IMG/VR virus record: IMGVR_UViG_3300020582_000006
Span: 21,314-85,313 of that record
DNA: 64,000 nt
Reading direction: 5' to 3' (one strand)
Source: a virus
Part shown: piece after piece, positions 58,074 through 64,000 of the stretch
Layout: every line of letters begins with the position of its first letter
How positions within the stretch are numbered: position 1 is the stretch's first letter
Position numbers and translations under genes: made by a program
Notes under the pieces: generated by a model
The model's input: only the letters and a program-made list of their open reading frames with translations
Databases searched by the model: none
Told to the model about the DNA's origin: nothing

Positions 58074-59468
58074 ATGAAGACGAACACTGCCCCCGCTTAC
58101 TCGCCACCGCCTCGAACCCATGAGGGCGCGGTCGCGGATCGCATCACGCCGCTCCAGCAGCTGCGGCGCAGCGTACTCACGTGCCTCCTCTGGGAAGACA
58201 ACTTCTATGAGTCCGGCGCTGCAGTCGCCGCACGCATCGCGGATCTTTGCACGAAAGTGAAGCCGGAAGACATTGCCACGCTCGCCATCGAAGCGCGTGA
58301 GGCGATGAAGCTGCGGCACGTTCCGCTCTATCTGGCGGTCCAGCTTTCGAAGCGCAAAGGTTATGGCTCGCTGGTCACCGACGTTCTCGACAAGATCGTT
58401 CAGCGCGCCGACGAACCGGCCGAACTGCTGGCGATGTACTGGCAGGACCGCGCGGCGAAGTTCAAAGACATCGACGGGCGGCGGCAGGGTGGCGCGATCT
58501 CGCACCGCGGCATCAAGACCGGCCTCGCGAATGCCCTGCATCGCTTCAACGAGTACCAGCTGGCGAAGTGGCGCGGCGACGACAAAGCCGTCAAGCTCAG
58601 GGACGTGATTCGCCTCGTTCACCCAAAGGCGTCCAGCCCCGCGCAGGCCGATCTCTGGAAGCGCGTCATGAAAGGCGAACTCGCTACTCCCGATACCTGG
58701 GAGGTCGAGCTGTCCGCCGGCAAGGACAAGCGCGAGACTTTCACGCGCCTGCTGACCGATAACAAACTGGGCGGCCTCGCCTTGCTGCGCAACTTGCGCA
58801 ACATGGAACAGGCGGGCGTCGACCGCTCGCTCGTCTCGACCCGGCTCGAGCAGGGCGTCGAGCGGGCGCTGCCGTTCCGCTTCATCACGGCGGCTCGCTA
58901 TGCGCCGAACTACGAGCCCTCGCTCGAAATTGCCATGTTCAAGGCGATCGAAGGCATGCCGAAGCTTCCCGGCAAAACCGGGCTGATGGTCGATGTCTCC
59001 GGTTCGATGGACGGCCGGATCAGCGCCAAGTCCGAAACGACTCGCATCGACGTGGCTGCGGGCCTCTCGATCCTCGTGCGCGAGCTGTGCGAGACGGCGG
59101 TTCTTGCGACTTTCTCGGATCGGGTGGTCGCGATCCCGCCGCGCCGTGGCTTCGCGCTGCGGGATGCGGTTCTCAATTCGCAGCCGCATCATGGTACCTA
59201 TCTCGCGCAGGCGCTGGCAACGATGACCATTCAGCCCGCGTGGAAGGATATGGACCGGCTGATCGTGCTGACCGACGAACAGTCGGCGGACGGGATCTCA
59301 CTCGGCAGCGTGACCGGTCTCGCTTACTGCGTCAACGTGGCCTCGAATGCCAACGGCGTCAGCTACAAGAACGGCTGGCAGCACATTGACGGCTGGTCGG
59401 AAGCGGTTCTGGACTACATTCGCGAGATTGAAATTGAAAGCGCCAACGAAACCAGATCCCAAAGCTGA
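58074..59468 (+). CDS. Ro60/TROVE-domain RNA-binding protein with vWA domain
   Basis: THEG, LLWED.FYE, DEYQ-like NEYQLAK, TPDTWEV.LS, ALLRNLRN, LPFRF, MIDAS DVSGSM and TDEQ motifs. Confidence 0.9.
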   Translation: MKTNTAPAYSPPPRTHEGAVADRITPLQQLRRSVLTCLLWEDNFYESGAAVAARIADLCTKVKPEDIATLAIEAREAMKLRHVPLYLAVQLSKRKGYGSLVTDVLDKIVQRADEPAELLAMYWQDRAAKFKDIDGRRQGGAISHRGIKTGLANALHRFNEYQLAKWRGDDKAVKLRDVIRLVHPKASSPAQADLWKRVMKGELATPDTWEVELSAGKDKRETFTRLLTDNKLGGLALLRNLRNMEQAGVDRSLVSTRLEQGVERALPFRFITAARYAPNYEPSLEIAMFKAIEGMPKLPGKTGLMVDVSGSMDGRISAKSETTRIDVAAGLSILVRELCETAVLATFSDRVVAIPPRRGFALRDAVLNSQPHHGTYLAQALATMTIQPAWKDMDRLIVLTDEQSADGISLGSVTGLAYCVNVASNANGVSYKNGWQHIDGWSEAVLDYIREIEIESANETRSQS

Positions 59469-59619
59469 CTTACTGACGCCGGACGAAGCTGCCCGGCGTC
59501 TTCGCGTCACACGCCGCACGCTTTACACCTGGCTCCGGGCTGGCACGTTTCCCGGGGCCAGAGTGGGCGGCGTCTGGCGCATCAAAGCCTCAGACATCGA
59601 ACACAAACTGAAAGCCTGA
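59434..59619 (+). CDS. Excisionase-like HTH_17 protein
   Basis: LLTPDEAA..LRV..RTLY.W...G......VG..WRI. Confidence 0.75.
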   Translation: MKAPTKPDPKADLLTPDEAARRLRVTRRTLYTWLRAGTFPGARVGGVWRIKASDIEHKLKA

Positions 59620-59666
59620 CTCAGGGGAAATATTCTACCCCGCCGAATCCTGATTTTCCCTTTTAA

Positions 59667-59695
59667 TTGACACGTTAAAAATTGCAGAGTAGTGT
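59667..59695 (+). promoter_or_regulatory. Sigma70-type promoter TTGACA-N17-TAGTGT
   Basis: Perfect -35 with a 17-bp spacer in an AT-rich intergenic region. Confidence 0.55.
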
Positions 59696-59845
59696 AATCT
59701 TCAGACCACCACAGCGGGAAAATCGTTTTTTTTGACTGTGAGCGGCCTGACGGACGAGGCCAGTTATCCTCCGCAAGGGGCCAAATAAACCCTCCCCACG
59801 CTATTTGCGGACTCGCGCCTCGGCTTTAATTCTTCTTTCCTACTC

Positions 59846-60990
59846 AATGACAATTCAAGCGTGTAATCTGCGCGGACGTGTGCCCTGTCCGATCCCTGTT
59901 CGCTGGCCAGATGGAACTTCCTACTCTGAGGGCAATCCTGAAGAAATCGAGCGGATGATCGCAGCCGCCATCGTCGAGGGCAAGGCCAACAAACATGGCT
60001 CGGTGCGCGTGCTGAGAATGCTGTGCAACGAAGAGACGGCGCTCGCTGAACTGGCTCGCATCCGCGCGCTCGAAGCGGCGCAGTCGATCGAGCGATCGGG
60101 CTCGATCATCACCGCGGCCAGCTGCACGGTCTATCGCGCGAACCTTCCCTCGGGCCACAAGGTCTGGCAACATCTGCCTCACTGCGGCTTGCGCATTATC
60201 CTGATACCAGCATGGCTGCGCGGCAGAGCGAGGATCGTGGATCCCATCTTCGGCTGTTTCTCTGACATCGGCCAGCTCGCTGCATGACGAAGCATCGTTC
60301 CGCGTTCCTGCTCGGCCGCATGACCGCTTACCAGCGGGGCGCTTACATCGGACGCGAAGCTTTGCCGGCCTTTGCCCGCGCTGTCGATCAGTCCGAAAAG
60401 CGTCTGCCGCTGCGTCCTCCCATTCGCAAAGGCGCGTGTTCAATCTGCGGCCAGGAGACTTCCTTCGCCTGTTCGGACTGCAAGATGGACCGCCACGAAA
60501 CGATCTATGTCTGCGAGTCGGCCGACTGCCGCGATCAGCACGAAGCCGCTTGCAGTAACCCTTCGCTTTGAACCTGCACCTGTAATTGGTACAAATGCCA
60601 TGGCTCGAAGTTCTCCGCGCTGCACGAGAGCGTAATCGCATGGTGCGCAGACCCGCCGACCGCGGGCAAACCGTAGTCGCTATCGAAGGTACCGATTTCG
60701 CTTACGAAGAAGTGAAAGCCGCCATCGACGTGGCGCGCATGAAACAGAGAGTCGAATGCCGGCACGCGGTCCTGCGGCTGATCTTCGGCACCGTTCAAAT
60801 GATCGCTGTGATCTGGGCCGCCGCGATGATTCTGCTGCCCCGATACAATCGCGACCTGACTTTCCTCGCGGGCTGCATCGTCTTCCTCAAAGCGTGGCTG
60901 GTGATCCTCGCCGCCGGTGGTACCTCGGTACTGATCGCGGTGGCGCTGACCGCTCTCGACATCCTGCGCGAACGCCGCGCGGCTCGCTGA
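59846..60990 (+). other. Hypothetical genes (~59846-60287, 60284-60571, ~60595-60990 membrane protein)
   Basis: ORF track and overlaps. Confidence 0.5.
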
Positions 60991-61096
60991 CTGCAAAAGT
61001 CCAGGGAATTCCCGAAGTTTCCCGAGTTTCCCGGGACCTTTCCGCGCTTTCCGCGCAGCTTCTAACTCGAAAAATCGTCAATTTTCAGCTTCTGAC

Positions 61097-61636
61097 ATGC
61101 CTCGTGGAGCACTTGCAGGGAACCGAAACGCGGTCGGAAACCGCGGCCGGCCCGTAACTCTCAAGTACGATCCCAAATACGCGGCTATTGCGCGAGGCGC
61201 TACCATGCTCGGCGCTACCGATGTCGAACTTGCTGCAATGATTGGGATTGGCCTCAAAACTCTCTCACGCTGGAAGAACTCTTATCCGGAATTTGAGCAG
61301 GCCATAAAAAGCGGGAAGGATGTCGCAGACTCGAATGTGGCTGTCTCGCTTTACCGGCGCGCGATCGGTTACACGCATCGCGCGGTGAAAATTTTCGCGC
61401 ACAACGGCACAACCTTCGAGCACGAATACACGGAGCGTTACCCGCCTGAGACGACAGCCTGTATCTTCTGGCTGAAGAACCGAAGGCCGAAGATCTGGCG
61501 CGACCGGCCGGCATTCCAGGAGGGCGAAGAGGACGACGCGGTGAAGGAGTTACTGCGGGCGATCAGGGATTCGCCAGGCCCGGCGGTCGACGGCGCGTAT
61601 CATCCCGACGACATACCTGTCCCGGCGCCGTCCTGA
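61097..61636 (+). CDS. Terminase small subunit (HTH type)
   Basis: GN.NA.GN.GRP..Y, LGATD.ELA...GI...T..RW...PEF..A...GK..AD..V..SLY.RA.G and TAC.FWLKNR.P..WRD motifs. Confidence 0.8.
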   Translation: MPRGALAGNRNAVGNRGRPVTLKYDPKYAAIARGATMLGATDVELAAMIGIGLKTLSRWKNSYPEFEQAIKSGKDVADSNVAVSLYRRAIGYTHRAVKIFAHNGTTFEHEYTERYPPETTACIFWLKNRRPKIWRDRPAFQEGEEDDAVKELLRAIRDSPGPAVDGAYHPDDIPVPAPS

Positions 61637-62244
61637 GTTGTTCGCTGTTATCGAACCACTGGATTTTCCGAGAGCGCAGTCCTTGCGTGATGGCGGCGAG
61701 GCAAAGACTAAATAGTAGTAAAGCTTCGGGGCTGGACGCGCGTTACGCCTGATTTTAGCGGCGGATCACGCTCTTGTCAAATAACGTTTCTTTTCAGCGG
61801 CTTACAATTGTTGCAGTAGTTACTCTCCAGGACTACTCGCGACGAACCGGCTGCGGCAAAGCCAGGTATAACGCCCCAGGGATGCACGCTGGCCGGATGC
61901 GCTTCGGGGGCCGAATGCCGGTGACTCGCGTTGAACCAACGATCTCTGTTCGCCACCTGAAGACGATGCCTCGATATACAGGCTCGCTTCGAACGTTTTC
62001 ACGCGGACCATCCCGAGGTTTACGCGCTCCTCGTTCGGTTCACGCGCGAAGCCAAAGACATGGGCCGGCGCGCTCACTACGGAGTGGCGGCAGTTTTCGA
62101 GCGTGCACGCTGGCACGCCGAGATCGAGAAGACCGAAGAGTTCAAGCTCAATAACAACTACCGGTCGCGGTACGCTCGCCTGATCATGGAACAGGAACCG
62201 GACCTCGACGGTTTCTTCTCGCTGCGCGAACTGACGGCCGACTA

Positions 62245-62277
62245 ACTTTCCACAAAAGGCCGCATTTTGTTGAAAGT
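62245..62277. other. Putative tyrosine-recombinase crossover site (13-7-13)
   Basis: ACTTTCCACAAAA-GGCCGCA-TTTTGTTGAAAGT. Both arms recur at the 5' end of the recombinase gene. Confidence 0.55.
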
Positions 62278-62478
62278 ACTACATCCGTGATGCGGTTTGG
62301 CGCGGGTTTCGCGGCCTTTCCCGGCAGCTGACTTTCGACAAATTGGTACAATTGGGATTCCCTTTCATGTTCAGGCGAATCCCGGCGGTCACGGTCGGCG
62401 ACGTGGCTCTCTTTGTCATTGTCGTTTTCCTCATCCACGCTACGCTCGCGCGTTAATTTGTACATATAATTTGTACAA

Positions 62479-63982
62479 ATGCCTGATGATTTACCGGGTT
62501 TACCTGAAGAACTCGAGCGGGCGCTTGCTGGCGTATGCCTTTTGCGGCATCCGTCGATCTCGATTATCCTGCGCAATAACGCCTTCGACTACGAAGCGCA
62601 AGCGGTCGAACGGCTGGTCGCGGCATGGGAAGCGGGCGGCGGGCAGGCGCGCATCGCCCACCTTGTCGCCAGGGCTGAGTCTGAATGAACGAGCTGGTTG
62701 CGCGGCTGAAGAAAGCCGAAGAGACTCTGAGCCTTGATCTGGTCCTGACTCTTCAGTCCGATGGCTCCGGATCGATTTCTGACTGGACCGGAGAGCAGGA
62801 CAAATACATCTTCGAGTTCGATACGATCCGGCAACTGGACGACTGGCTGAGCGAACCGCGCGTGACTGACACCTTACCGGCTGGCGTGGAGAAATCCTGA
62901 TGGCTGATCCCCGGAGGCGTGGCCGTCCCAAGAAACTGCAACTGTGCAAAGGTTGCGGGCAAGACTTCGGCAGGCGTGAGATGCAGGTGCACGCGCCTGG
63001 CGGAAAGTGCTCGACGCCGCGCTCTCTCGAAAGCCGACAGCATCGGCTGAAGCCGCTCACTACCCGGGAGGCGATGACAGTCTCGGACATGATCGAGGCG
63101 CAGCGGAAGCACGGCGACCAGTGCGGGCCTGACTGTCCGCCCGATTGCATGTTCGCTCCCGGCAGACCGGATCCGGTCGTCGACCGGCCGCCATGGGATG
63201 ACTGATGCCTTGCCGCGTAGTGAAGATCGGCGATACGTTCGCCATCGTAAAGTTCGCTCCGGAGAAACGCCGGCGCTGCTCGGTTTGCGGCGACCTGACC
63301 ACAGTGGTCTTGTGCGACTTCGTGCTCGAGGGCCAGGCCTTGCTGTTCGGTGAACCGGGCGCCAAGTCCAGGACTTGCGACGCGCCTCTCTGCAAACGAT
63401 GTGCGATACATATCCCGCCGGACACTGACTTCTGTCCAGACCATCGACCGCGGCCGTGTCAGCATGAAGATCGAGGAGCTTCATCTGAATGACTACCGAT
63501 AAGCCTCTCTCCTGGCACCAGCGGCACCGGCATGATTTTCGCCCGAACGTGGTCAAGCCGGTGTCGCCGCCAGTCAGGAAAGGGCGTCTGAGACCGATCG
63601 CAGAGATCGAGCGAGCGCATGACACCATAAGCCGTATCATTGCGGCTCATCGCAGGGAGGAAGGCTTCGATCCGATGAACCCTGACTTCGCGCATAACGC
63701 GGGCATCATGCGAACGCTGTGCTGGGTGCTCGATCACAAGAGTAAAGCTGCGGATGAACTGACGCGCCATTTCGACAGGTATGCATGACGCCGGTGATTG
63801 ATATCGGCGCGGCGCGCACTCGTTTGAGTGGACCTCCATCCGATCCACTCATCCAGAGGTTTCTGGGGCGGTTTGTCAAGGGATCGCCCCGGAGTTTCTG
63901 GTGCGGCTTTGTCCTGGGCTTCTTTTCCGGAGTGCTCTGGGGTATGGTGGGGCTGGTCCTGTGGGACATCTACCACCAATGA
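62479..63982 (+). other. Run of small coupled hypothetical genes (62479-62688, 62685-62900, 62900-63205, 63205-63492, 63489-63788, 63785-63982)
   Basis: ATGA/TGATG overlaps. Confidence 0.6.
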
Positions 63983-64000
63983 GCCGCGCTGGTCTGGTCA

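Overview
The window looks like the non-structural half of a large temperate myovirus-like phage or phage-plasmid. The host is inferred to be a high-GC soil bacterium such as an Acidobacterium, based on the Uma2 endonuclease and the RepA family. The left end carries baseplate and tail-fibre genes (DUF2612-like) and the right end a terminase small subunit. Between them lie recombination genes (RecT, PD-(D/E)XK exonuclease, RuvC), a plasmid-type replicon (RepA with three 18-bp iterons, ParA plus RHH partner, ParB, a canonical parS), a FimB/FimE-like tyrosine recombinase, and a ~19-kb leftward operon (WGR proteins, DNA ligase, Ycf46-like AAA, DUF3150, methylase, DUF5131). Two RNA-based systems stand out. 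(1) A nuclease-dead, C-terminally truncated TnpB/Cas12f-like protein (16556-17752) is followed by a structured scaffold ending in ATTGAAAG, then by a 1.4-kb strand-biased array of ~10-nt (GA)TCG(G/T)TCGG(G) motifs with variable spacers that runs into the RepA origin. (2) A Ro60/TROVE gene is preceded by five Y-RNA-like genes that share a Ro-binding module but carry different cargo domains. All family assignments come from motif recognition by eye, not from database searches.
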